Assembly (NCBI RefSeq): GCF_963921235.1
Contig: NC_086098.1
Span: 7,812,001-7,876,000, forward strand
Direction: 5' to 3'
DNA length: 64,000 nucleotides
Origin: Mobula hypostoma
Lineage: Eukaryota
A model generated the notes under the pieces. That model had not been told where the DNA came from and did no database searches. It saw only the letters and a list, made by a program, of their open reading frames with translations. Positions 12,565 through 24,347 of this stretch are shown piece after piece. The first letter of the stretch is position 1; each line of letters starts with the position of its first letter. The translations under genes were made by a program, and so were the position numbers.

Positions 12565-12600
12565 AGTCCTGACGAAGGGTCTCGGCCTGAAACGTCGACT
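12565..12600 (+). ncRNA. Minimal type I hammerhead ribozyme motif
   Basis: agtc-CTGACGA-agg(gtctcgg)cct-GAAA-cGTC-gact; stem I agtc/gact; predicted cut after C12596. Confidence 0.75.
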
Positions 12601-12879
12601 GCGCCTCTTCCTATAGATGCTGCCTGGCCTGCTGCGTTCACCAGCAACTTTGATGTGTGTTGCTTGAATTTCCAGCATCTGCAGAATTCCTGTTGTTTCC
12701 TGACACTGTATTCCACTTGTTATTTCTTTGCCCATTTTCTGAATCCGTCTGAGTCCTTCTGCAGCCTCTCTACTTCCTCAAACTGCCGGCCTATCCACCT
12801 GTCTTCAGATTGTCTGCAAACACTACAACAAAGCTATCAATTCCATCATCTAGATTATTGACATGTAACATTAAAAGTC

Positions 12880-15480
12880 CATAAGACCATAAGACAAAGG
12901 AGCAGAAGTCGGCCATTCGGCCCGTCGAGTCTGCTCTGCCATTCTATCATGAGGTGATCCATTCTACCATTTAGTCCCACTCCCCCGTCTTCTCACCATA
13001 ACCTTTGATGCCCTGGCTACTCAGATACCTATCAATCTCTGCCTTAAATACACCCAATGACTTGACATCCACTGCTGCCCGTGGCAACAAATTCCACAAA
13101 TTCACCACCCTCTGGCTGAAAAAATTTCTTTGCATCTCTGATCTGAATGAGCGCCCTTCAATCCTTAAGTCATGCCCTCTGGTACTAGACTCCTCCACCA
13201 TGGGAAACAACTTTGCCACATCCACTCTGTTCATGCCTTTCAACACCCGAAATGTTTCTATGAGGTCTCCCCCTCATTCTTCTAAACTCCATGGAATACA
13301 GTCCAAGAGCGGACAAACATTCCTCATATGTTAACCCTGTATTCCAGGAATCATTCTAGTGAATCTTCTTTGTACCCTCTCCAACGTCAGCACATCCTTT
13401 CTTAAATAAGGAGAACAAAACTGCACACAGTACTCCAAGTGAGGTCTCACCAGTGCCTCAACATCACATCCCTGCTCCTATACTCTATTCCTCTGGAAAT
13501 GAATGCCAACATTGCATTCGCCTTCTTCACTACTGACTCAACCTGGAGGTTAACCTTAAGGGTATCCTGTACGAGGACTCCCAAGTCCCGTTGCATCTCA
13601 GAACTTTGAATTCTCTCCCCATTTAAATAATAGTCTGCCTGTTTATTTCTTCTACCAAAGTGCATAACCATACACTTTCCAACATTGTATTTCATTTGCC
13701 ACTTCTTTGCCCATCCTCCCAATCTATCCAAGCCTCTCTGCAAGACTCTCTGTTTCCTCAGCACTACCGGCCCCTCCACCTATCTTCGTATCATCAGCAA
13801 ACTTAGCCACAAAGCCATCTATTCCATAATCCAAATCGTTGATGTACAAAGTAAAAAGAAGCGGCCCCAACACGGACCCCTGTGGAACACCAACCAGAAT
13901 AGAATCCCTTTTGGTTTCCTGCCAATCAGCCAATGCTCTATCCACGTATGTAACTTTCCCGTAATTCCATGGGCTCTTATCTTGTTAAGCAGCCTCATGT
14001 GTGGCACCTTGTCAAAGGCCTTCTGAAAATCCAAATACACAACATCTACTGCATCTCCCTTGTCTAGTCTACTTGTAATTTCCTCAAAAAATTGTAATAG
14101 GTTTGTCAGGCAGGATTTTCCTTTAAGGAATCCATGCTGAGTTCTGCCTATCTTGTCATATGCCTCCAGGTACTCCGTAATCTCATCCTTGACAATCGAC
14201 TCCAACAACTTCCCAACCACAGATGTCAAGCTAACAGGTCTATAATTTCCTATTTGCTTCCCTGCCCCCTTCTTAAATAGCGGAGACAGTTGCAATCTTC
14301 CAGTCCTCCGGAACCATGTCAGAATCTATTTTTGAAAGATCATTGCTAATGCATCCGCAATCTCCACAGCTACTTCCTTCAGAACACACGGGTGCATTCC
14401 ATCTGGTCCGGGAGATTTATCTACCTTTAGACTCTTCAGCTTCCTGAAGTACTTTCTCTGTCGTAATTGTGACTGCACACACTTCTCTTCCCTGCCACCC
14501 TTGAGTGTCCGGTATACTGCTGATGTCTTCCTCAGTGAAGACTGATGCAAAATACTCGTTCAGTTCCTCTGCTATCTCTTTATCTCCCATTACAATTTCT
14601 CCAGCATCATTTTCTATCAGTCCTATATCTACTCTCACCTGTCTTTTACTCTTTATATACTTGAAAACGCTTTTAGTATCCTCTTTGATATTATTTGCTC
14701 GCTTCCTTTCATATTTCATCTTTTCCCTCTTAATGACCTTCTTAGTTTCCCTTTGTAAGCTTTTAAAATCTTCCTAATTCTCTGCCTTCCCACTAATTTT
14801 TGCTTCCTTGTATGTCCTCTCCTTTGCTTTAACTTTGGCTTTGACTTCTCTTGTCAGCCACTGTTGCATCCTTTTTCCACTAGAAAATTTCTTCTTTTTT
14901 GGAATATATCTGCCTTGCACCTTCCTCACTTCTCGCATAAACTCCAGCCACTGCTGCTCTGCCGTCCTTCCCACCAGTGTCCCTTTCCAGTCAACTTTGG
15001 CCAGTTCCTCTCTCATGCCACTGTAATTTCCTTTACTCCACTGAAAAACCGACACATCAGATTTCAGCTTCTCTTTTTCAAATTTCACAGTGAACTCATT
15101 CATGTTATGATCACTGTCTCCTAAATGTTCCTTCACCTCAATCTCTCTAATCACCTCCGGTTCATTACACAATAGCCAATCCAGTACAGCCGATCCCCTA
15201 GTGGGCACAACAACAAGCTGTTCTAAAAAGCCATCTCGCAGACATTCTACAAATTCTCTCTCTTGAGATCCAGTGCTGACCTAATTTTCCCAATCCACTT
15301 CCATGTTAAAATCCCCCACAATTATCATAACACTGCCCTTCTGACAAGCCTTTTCTATTTCCAGTTGTAATTTGTAGTCCACATTATGGCAGCTGTTTGG
15401 AGGCCTGTGTATAACTGCCATCAGGGTCCTTTTACCCCTGCTATTTCTTAGTTCAACCCATAAAGATTCTGCACCTTCCG
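12880..15480 (-). mobile_element. CR1 LINE, most of ORF2 (APE and RT) plus 3' tail, frameshifted
   Basis: [61 protein letters not shown] motifs; tail tcttatggtcttatg. Confidence 0.93.
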
Positions 15481-15759
15481 ATCTAAAGCCTCAAGATCAC
15501 CACTCTGACTCTGTCCATGCAGATGATGGCTGCTGTGACAGTGGCCACTGTGCGTGTGCCTGCCTGCCTTTAATTTACTCTTGCTAATCAATTCCAATTA
15601 GCAATTGTACACTGTACGCTGATTGTATGCTGGTCAGAACTCCTTGTTTTGCTGTGGTGACCGCTGCTGGTTTTTTGACTGGCGCAGTAGACCTGAGTGA
15701 AATCCCCTTTTTCTAATGTAAGATTGATCGCTGGTGAAAGTTCTTATAATATGACACAA

Positions 15760-16399
15760 TTCTCATTCAAGTTTGAGAAGGTGAAGCTAAGGTCAGCTGT
15801 ATCAGTACCACAGTGTAGTAAAAATTAATGGGAAGTTAGAGGATTCGAAAAACCATTTAAAAAGTAGCTAAAAAACTATAAGGAGAGAAAAGTTGAAACA
15901 TGAAGGTAAGCCAGCCAAAAATATTAAAGAGAATACTAAAAGTTTCTTCAGATATGTGAAAGAGTAAAAGAGAGATGAGAGTGGATATTGGACAATGGAA
16001 AATGGTACAGGAGTGCTCGTAATGGGGTCAAATAAATGGCTGACAAACTTAGTAAGTATTTTGTGTTAGTCTTCACTACGGAAGACATTAGCAGTATGGA
16101 GAATTGTAAAAATCACTGCACACTTTAAGAAGGGAGGGGGAGCAGAAGAAAGGAAATTATAGACCAGTTATCCTGACTTCAGTGGCTGGGAAGATGTTGG
16201 AGTCCAATATTAAGGATGGTGTTTTGGGGTGTTTGGAGGTGCATGATAAAGTAGGTCAAAGTCAGCATGAATTCTTTAGCAGGATAGACGGGCAGAATAG
16301 ACAAAGGACAGTCAGTGGATGTTGCATACTTGAATTTTCAGGCTTTGGTCAATGTGCCACATGTGAGGCTGCTGAACAATGGTATTATAGGGAAGATAC
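15760..16399 (+). mobile_element. Degenerate CR1 fragment (target of the Gypsy); the family continues at ~20860-21690
   Basis: NYRPV, GKMLES and GQSQH remnants; downstream VRLHLEFC and FFSQRVVNLWNS. Confidence 0.75.
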
Positions 16400-16578
16400 T
16401 GTGGCGACCCACTTTCTGACACCCATGAACCGGCTCACGAAACAGCGCGCGCAGTCAAAGGGCGGGAACGGGGAGGCTTTAAAGCGGGCCGCGAAGTTTG
16501 AATAAACCTCTTTCATCGCAACTCTAACTCACCGACTCCGTGTGGTTATTCTAGCGCTGTGTGTAGCACATCACTACA
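16400..16578 (+). repeat. 5' LTR (179 bp)
   Basis: TGTGGCG...CACTACA with internal AATAAA; matches the 3' LTR apart from ~7-8 substitutions and a 16-bp indel. Confidence 0.95.
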
Positions 16579-16580
16579 AT

Positions 16581-16594
16581 TGGTGACCCCGACG
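16581..16594 (+). promoter_or_regulatory. Primer-binding site, tRNA-Trp type
   Basis: TGGTGACCCCGACG after a 2-nt spacer following the LTR; same as the first 14 nt of the avian retrovirus tRNA-Trp PBS. Confidence 0.85.
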
Positions 16595-16618
16595 GCCCAA
16601 ACGATATTTGGACCAGAG

Positions 16619-19600
16619 ATGACCGATGCTGCATCTGTTCACGCAGTTTCGTTAGAACTGCCGGGCTTCTGGATGCTGCGACCCCATTTATGGTTCGAAC
16701 AAGCAGAAGCACAATTCCACATTCGGCACATAACCTCGGAGTCCACTCGCTACTACTACGTGCTGAGCTCACTCGACCAGGAGACTGCTGCACAAGTTGA
16801 GGAGTTTATACAGTCGCCCCCGGAGGACGGCAAATACACAGCATTCAAAGCCCTGCTCATAAGGACTTTCGGACTCTCACGGCGCGAACGAGCACACCGC
16901 TTAATGCACCTGGATGGTTTGGGAGACAGGCCGCCGTCAGCATTAATGAACAAGATGCTGGCCCTGGCTGAAGGACACAAACCCTGCCTCATGTTTGAGC
17001 AGGCGTTCCTGGAGCAACTGCCTGAGGACATATGCCTGCTGCTGTCCGACGCAGATTTCAGCAACCCCCGGGAGGTGGCGGCCCGAGCAGATGTGCTGTG
17101 GAATGCCAGGAAAGAGAGAGGGGCATCCGTCGCACAGATCACCAAGCCGCGGGCCCAACGACAGACCAGACCAGGCCCGGCAGCAGAGCCTACAAAACCC
17201 AGCGACGGGAGTGAGGAGCCCAACGAACAATGGTGTTTCTACCACCAGCGGTGGGGCACGGAGGCCCGCCGCTGCAGACCGCCCTGCAAATTCCCGGGAA
17301 ATGCCAGGGCCCAGCCGCCGCTGATGGCTACGGCGGCTGGCCATCAAGACAGCCTCCTGTACGTCTGGGACAAGCAGTCGGGACGCCGCTTTTTGGTCGA
17401 CACCGGAGCGGAGATCAGCGTCTTACCTCCAACGAGTTACGACACCCGCAACAGAGAACCGGGACCCACCCTGAGGGCCACTAATGGCAGCACAATATGA
17501 ACCTACGGCACCTGCACGGTGCGGCTACAGTTCAGCTCCAGCCGGTTCACGTGGGACTTCACACTGGCCGCCGTGGCCCAACCACTGCTGGGGGCAGATT
17601 TTCTACGAGCCCACAGCCTGCTGGTCGACTTGCACGGGAAGCGATTAGTCCACGCCAAGACTTTTCAAACGTTCTTCCTGGGTGAAGCACAGTTGCCAGC
17701 CCCACACCTGGACTCCATCACGCTGTCCGACGATGAATTCACCAGGGTCCTGGCGGATTTCCCATCAGTACTGACACCGCAGTTCACGGCAGCCATGCCC
17801 AGACACGGAGTACAGCACCACATCCCGACCCAGGGACCACCCCTCCACGCCCGTGCTCGAAGGCTTCCCCCGGACAAGCTCCGACTGGCGAAGGAGGAGT
17901 TCAAGAAGATGGAGGAATTAGGGATCATACGACAGTCCATACCATCAAATCCCTGTACATCCGGACGACATCCCCAAAACAGCACTTATCACCCCGTTCG
18001 GACTTTTCGAATTCCTCCGAATGCCGTTTGGTCTAAAGAACGCCGCACAGACTTTCCAGCGGCTAATGGACACGGTGGGACGCGACCTGGACTTTGCATT
18101 CATCTATTTGGACGACATCCTCATAGCCAGCAGTAGTCGGCAGGAGCATCTGTCCCACCTCCGCCAGCTCTACTCCCGCCTGAGTGAATTCGGCCTTACA
18201 ATCAATCCAGCCAAATGCCAGTTCCGACTCGACACCATCGACTTCCTGGGCCGCAGGATTACTAAAGACGGGGCAACCCCGCTGCCCGCCAAGGTAGACG
18301 CGGTCCGCCACTTCCCCCGACCCAACACAATCAAAGGCTTGCAGGAATTCGTGGGTATGGTGAATATCTACCACCGTTTCCTCCCCTCAGCAGCCCGAAC
18401 CATGCGCCCCTTGTTCACTCTAATGTCGGGTAAGGGCAAGGACATTACCTGGAACGAAGAGGCCGCAACCGCTTTCGTTAAAACCAAAGAAGCCTTGGCA
18501 AACGCCGCGATGCTAGTGCACCCCGGAACGGACGTTCCTACTGCCCTCACAGTGGACGCATCCAACACAGCAGTCGGTGGAGTGCTGGAACAACTCATCG
18601 AGGGACGCTGGCAACCCCTGGCGTTCTTCAGCAAACACCTACGACCACCCGAACTCAAATACAGTGCTTTCGACCGGGAGCTATTGGCATTATACCTGGC
18701 AATCCGGCATTTCAGGTACTTCTTAGAAGGTAGGCCCTTCACCGCGTTCACGGACCACAAACCGCTTACATTTGCGTTCACTGAGGTGTCCGACCCCTGG
18801 TCGTCCCGCCAGCAGCGACATCTGTCCTACATCTCCGAGTACACGACGGACATCCGGCATGTCTCTGGAAAGAACAATGTCGTGGCAGACGCACTTTCCA
18901 GACCTACCATACAGGCCCTGTCCCAGGGGGTGGACTATGCAGCGCTGGCAGAGGCACAGCAGGCAGACACTGAGATCCCCAGTCACAGGACTGCAGTCTC
19001 CGGTTTGCAGCTCCAAGACCTCCCCGTAGGCCCAGGTGAGAGGACCCTACTATGTGACGTAGCTACCGGCCAACCCCGCCCCGTCGTCCCAACAGCCTGG
19101 CGCCGGCGGGTGTTCGAATCCATTCACAACTTAGCGCACCCCTCCATCAGGACAACTGTCCGGCTGGTCTCCAACAGGTTCGTGTGGCATGGACTTCGTA
19201 AACAGGTCAGTGAATGGGCCAAAACGTGTATGCAGTGCCAAACGGCCAAGGTGCAGCGGCACACCAAGGCTCCACCGCAGCGGTTCGAACCCACCCGCCG
19301 GAGGTTCGACCACATCCATGTGGATATCGTGGGGCCCCTGCCAGTGTCACGAGGAGCGCGGTACCTCCTAACTATGATAGACCGGTTCACCAGATGGCCA
19401 GAGGCAGTCCCGCTCACCGACACCACCTCCGAATCCTGCGCCCGAGCACTGATCGCAACCTGGGTAGCACGCTTTGGGGTACCGGCCCACATTACCTCCG
19501 ACAGGGGCGCCCAGTTCACCTCCAGCCTGTGGTCGGCTATGGCCAGACTTTTAGGATCGCAGCTACACCACACAACTGCCTACCACCCACAGTCGAACGG

Positions 19601-20297
19601 ACTAGTGGAGCGCTTCCACCGTCACCTGAAATCGGCTCTCATGGCCCGCCTGGAGGGGCCTAACTGGATGGACGAGCTTCCCTGGGTCCTGCTCGGAATC
19701 CGCACGGCGCCCAAAGAGGATCTACACACCTCGTCGGCCGAGTTGGTGTACGGCGCACCCCTGGTCGTCCCAGGAGAGTTCATACCAGCCCCAAGGGGGC
19801 AAGAGGAAGAACCCACAGCAGTCCTGGACAGACTACAGGAGAGGCTCGGTAACCTGGCCCCCATACCCACTTCACAGCACGGACAGAGCCCGACCTGCGT
19901 ACCCAAAGACCTGCAGAACTGTAAGTTTCTTTTTGTACGACGGGGCGGACACCGGGCACCGCTACAGCGGCCCTACGAGGGGCCGTTTAAGGTGATCAGG
20001 AACAACGGGTCCACGTTCGTGCTGGACATTGGGGGGAGAGAGGAGGTTTTCACGGTGGACCGACTCACACCGGCCCATGTGGACTTGGCGCAACCGGTCC
20101 AGGCTCAGGCACCACGGTGCAGGGGCAGACCTCGCAAACAGAGGCCGATCCAGACTGTGGACATTGGGGGAGGTATCGCCGGTTCTGGGGGGGGGTTATG
20201 TGGCGACCCACTTTCTGACACCCACGAACCGGCTCACGAAACAGCGCGCGCAGGCAGAGGGACGGCAGCAAAAAGGGCGGGAACGGGAAGGCTTTAA
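16619..20297 (+). pseudogene. Gypsy gag-pol polyprotein, disrupted
   Basis: Gag with CFYH..C..PC; protease FLVDTGAEIS; RT YLDD; RNase H TVDASNTAVGGVL; integrase HNLAHP..CMQC, DIVGP, SDRG, NGLVERFH and GPF motif. In-frame TGA at 17498-17500 and a frameshifting deletion at 17938/17939. Confidence 0.93.
20187..20195 (+). promoter_or_regulatory. Polypurine tract
   Basis: G9 run separated from the 3' LTR by 3 nt (tta). Confidence 0.75.
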
Positions 20298-20393
20298 AGT
20301 GGGCCGCGAAGTTTGAATAAACCTCTTTCATCGCAACTCCAACTCACCGACTCCGTGTGGTTATTCTGGTGCTGTGTGTAGCACATCGCTACA
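20199..20393 (+). repeat. 3' LTR (195 bp)
   Basis: TGTGGCG...CGCTACA followed by the ATAC TSD. Confidence 0.95.
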
Positions 20394-21752
20394 ATACCAT
20401 CATAGTTAGAACAACACACACAAAGTGCTGGAGGAACTCCGCAGGCCAGGCAGCACCTATGGAAAAAAGTACAGTCGATGTTTCAGGTCGAACCCCGAGT
20501 TTAGATGGTACATAGAACTTAGAAAAATAGAGGGCTATGCACTCGGAAAAATTCTAGAAAGTTTCTAGGGTCGGTTACATGGTCGGCACAACGTTGTGGG
20601 CCGAAGGGCCTGTAATGTGCTGTAAGTTTCTATGTTTTATGTTCTATGTTCTATGAGTCTCTGTACATGCTCCATGTGGACTTGTGGGTTTTCTCCAGGT
20701 GCTCTGATTTCCTCCTATAGTCTAAAGATGTACCGGGCTGTTTAATTGTCCCTTGATCGGATTAGGGTTAATCGGGGTTGTAGGGTTCCTAGGGCTGTGT
20801 GGCTTGAAGGGGTAGAAGGGTCTACTCTGCACTTAATCACTAAATAAATAGAATAAATATTGGGAGAACAGGCAACAAGTGGCAGATGGAATATAGCATA
20901 AGGAAGTGTATGATCATGCACTGTGGTAGAAGGAATAAAGGCATAGACTATTTTCTAAGCAGCGGGGTGCAAGGGACTTTGGAGTCTTTGTGCAGGATTC
21001 CCTAAAGGTTAACTTGCAGGTTAAGTCTGTAGCAAATATAATGTTTGCATCCATTTCGAGAGGACTAGAATATGAAAGCAAGGATGTAAGGGCTTTATAA
21101 AGCAGTGGTCAGACTGCACTTGGAGTTTTGTGATCAGATTTGCGCCCCTTATCCAAGAAAGGATGTGCTGGCGTTGGAGATGGTCCAGAGGAAGTCAACA
21201 AAAGTTATTCCGGGAATGAAAGGGTTAACATATGAGGACCATTGGACAGCTCTGGGCCTGTACTTGCTGCAGTTTGGTATAATGAGGGGAGATCTCAATG
21301 AAGCTTAAAGAATATTGAAAGGGCTGGACAGAATGTATATAGGGAGGATGTTTCCTATAGTGGGAGAGAATAGGACCAGAGGGCACAGCCTCAGAATAGG
21401 ACACCCATTTAGAACAGAAATGAGAAGGAATTTCTTTAGCCAGAGGGTGGTGAATCTGTGGAATTCATTGAACACAGATTCATCACCCTCTAGCTAAAGA
21501 AATTTTTAAAAATATATTAATGTGGGGGTTGACAGGTTTTTGATTATTAAGGGCATCAAAGGTTAAATGGAGAAGAAGTGACAGTGGAGTTGAGAGGAAA
21601 AATAAATCAGCAGTGATGGAATGACAGAGCAGACTCGATGGGCCGAGAACCTTAACTTTGCTCCTGTGCCTTATAGTCTACAGTCTTAAAATTAAGGTGG
21701 TAATTGTGGTTTCATCCTTCCGATTCTTACTGATTCCTTACTGTATTTTTTT

Positions 21753-22370
21753 TTAGATTATGAGGACACACGGTCCTCTCTTATTGTCATTTAGTAATTC
21801 ATGCATTAAGAAATGATACAATATTCCTCCGGTGTGATATCACAAAACACAGGACAGACCAAGACCGAAAAACCAACAAAAAACACACAATTATAACATA
21901 TAGTTACAACAGTGCAACAATACCATAACTTGATGAAGAACGGGCTATGGTCACAGTAAAAAAGTTCAAAGTCTCTCAAAAGTCCCACATCTCACGTAAA
22001 CAGGAGAAGGAAGAAAACTCTCCCTGCCATGCCTGACCACAGTCCGACTCTGAGTCGTCCAAAGACCTCGAGCTCCGATCATCCCTCCGACACCGAGTAC
22101 CATCTCTGCCGAACACTTCGACCTCAGCCTCGGTCACCAGCAGCAGGCAAAGCTGGGGATTATGGGGCCTTCCCTCCGGAGATTCTCGATCGCACAGTAG
22201 CAGTGCCAGCGAACCGGGCATTTCAGAAATTTCTCCAGATGTTCCTCTGTGCCCTCTTACGTCTGTCTCCATCAAATCAGAATTGTGCACGGCATCCTAC
22301 TTACAAATATGACATCATTTCACTGGAGAGCTGTGCGTGCTGCGTCGCGTCGCCATCTTCTCCTCCCGCC
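21753..22370 (-). mobile_element. Unclassified non-coding retroposon (second copy at 48922-49600)
   Basis: Both copies share a 5' GGAGAAGATGGCG start and a 3' end ...aatgacaataa...ataatctaa. Confidence 0.65.
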
Positions 22371-24347
22371 TATTTGTGTTGTGGTGTCAAGATGCTCAAG
22401 TTCCTCGGTGCTTTATTGTACACGGTCTATTAATAAGTTGTCAAAATAACCCATCAAAGTGTTTGGCATAAGTGCAGTAATATGTTCACTCAATCACAGT
22501 GGTTATTTGGAAGCTCTGGCTATCAGTTGGTTGTTGACTCTGCCATAAGTTTCAAAAGTGGAATCTTTTTTTCAACTGGCCCACAACATCCAGTTCATTT
22601 CTTTCTTTATTTACTCAGTGATCCAGTGCAAAACAGGCTGTTCCAGCCCACTGAGCTGCGCTGCCGAGCATAATCACAGAACAATTTATAATGAACAATT
22701 AGGCCACTAACGGGTAAATCTTTGGAATGTGGGGGGAACCGGACCCCACGCAGTCACAGGAAGGACGTACAAAATTTTTTACAGATGGTGCCTGAATTAA
22801 ACTCCAGCACCCCAAGCTGTAATAGCGTTGTGTTATCTGCTAGGTTACTGTGGCGCCCCACGGTTTTGTAGTTTTGTAGTTTGTGGTAGACAGATACCTA
22901 ACAAGTTTAAAGTTCAAAGTAAATATATTATCAAAGTACATGCTGTATATATCACCGTATGCAACCCTGAGATTTGTTTCATTTGCCTGTGGGAATACTC
23001 AGTCAGTCCAAGAACCATAACAGGATCAATAAAAGACTGCTGTAAACAGGACAAACAACCAGGGTGCAAAGGTCAACAAACTCTGCAAATACAAAAGAAA
23101 AAAAATAATAAATAATCAATAAATATCAAGAACATGAGACGAAGAGTCCTTGAATGTGAGTCCGTAAGCTGTGGGAGCTCTTCATTAGTGGGCCAATTAA
23201 GTTGTGTGAAGTTATCCACTCTGGTTCAAGGCTCTGATGGTTAAGGGGTAATAACTGTTCCTGAAGCTGGTGGTATGGGTCCTGAGGCTTCTGTACCTTC
23301 TTCCCGATGGCACCAGTGATCTGGGTATTGGGGGTCCCTGAAGATGGATGCTATTTTGTTGCGACAGCTCTCCATGAATATGTTCAGTAATTATAAATTG
23401 TAAAGTCTAAAATTGCAATAAATCAAATCAAGTGTAATTATCATTCAAACTATACAGCCAAATGAGACAGTGTACCTCTAGAGCCAAGGTGGGAAAACAC
23501 ACACAAGAACATTTAAAGTAATGAGAAAAGGAGAAGAAAAAAGAAATCAACATGTAAGAAAACAGGTATTTTAGTCTGAGACCCTGAGTGATAAGTCCCT
23601 TATATTGATGGTCCTCTGTAATCCATCCTGTCATTCTGCCGAACAAACAGTGGAGGGCAGCACCAACAGATGAGGCCAGCCCCCCCCAGTCGAGCACGGA
23701 CACTACACCACCCCAGCCTCCGGCAACCCCTCACCTGGACTCAGCAGCAGGCAAGCCCATGGCTTGTGGCCTGGCCCTCGCTACAACCAAGGCTATGCTG
23801 CCGCCTCACCGCTAATCTCCCCACCAAACAAGGGAAACAGGCCAGAAGCAATCAATGTCCAACCGCGTCTTACGATCGCAAGAGGAACATCCAAGACAAT
23901 CACTCACAATTTCACTGCACGCTGCCATCGAGCAGCAGGCAGCAACATGGTCTGCACCCAGGTCAGCTTCTCCACACTCAGTCTGGGTCTCCCTCCTGTT
24001 CCCTGACAGCCCGCTGGCCACCCTCCCTCCTACAACACCACGGCCAGCTACTCTGAACAACAAGCAGCTCACTGATGCGGTAGACTTGCTGTACCCAGTC
24101 ATTGGAGTCCAGTGTAGTCTTACGCTCATAAAAAATACACATTTAACAAAACAAAGCGCACCTTTGCTTGGCCCCCGAGAGGCCGATGCATTTGCATGTG
24201 CTATTAGCTTGGAAATAATTTTCTTAGTCAGAAACTGATGTTGCTAATAAACTAACAATAACTAGGAATAATGTGAAGTTTTATTTTATATTGAATATAA
24301 ATTCAAAGGCTAATCCTATACACCAGTGACATAACAGGCAGGAGCTA

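Larger units (their letters stand above)
11800..12696. mobile_element. Penelope-like insertion made of two inverted pseudo-LTRs, with 14-bp TSD
   Basis: Arms 11800-12199 and 12261-12660 are reverse complements. Minus-strand spacer encodes HLIFRLGSLQPDGMNIDFSNFR*. TSD ttcctgacactgta at 11786-11799 and 12697-12710. Confidence 0.92.
10575..12877 (-). mobile_element. Old CR1 3' fragment split by a younger CR1 (10913-11359) and a Penelope insertion
   Basis: cataagac tail at 10579. The nested copy encodes YSLEYGRMRGDLIETF...FFSQRVVDLWNSLP. Host CR1 resumes after each insertion. Confidence 0.8.
16400..20393 (+). mobile_element. Ty3/Gypsy LTR retrotransposon, both ends intact, defective
   Basis: TG...CA LTRs at 16400-16578 and 20199-20393; 4-bp TSD ATAC (16396-16399, 20394-20397); PBS; G-rich PPT; domain order gag-PR-RT-RH-IN. 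Confidence 0.97.

Noticed and set aside
11800..12660. Inverted repeat as a fold-back assembly artefact
   Set aside because: Arms differ at about 9 positions and a 14-bp TSD flanks the unit; artefact is unlikely, though reads were not checked.
16756..19906. Many antisense and alternate-frame ORFs in the Gypsy
   Set aside because: Expected shadows of GC-rich coding DNA; no env-like or other motif recognised.
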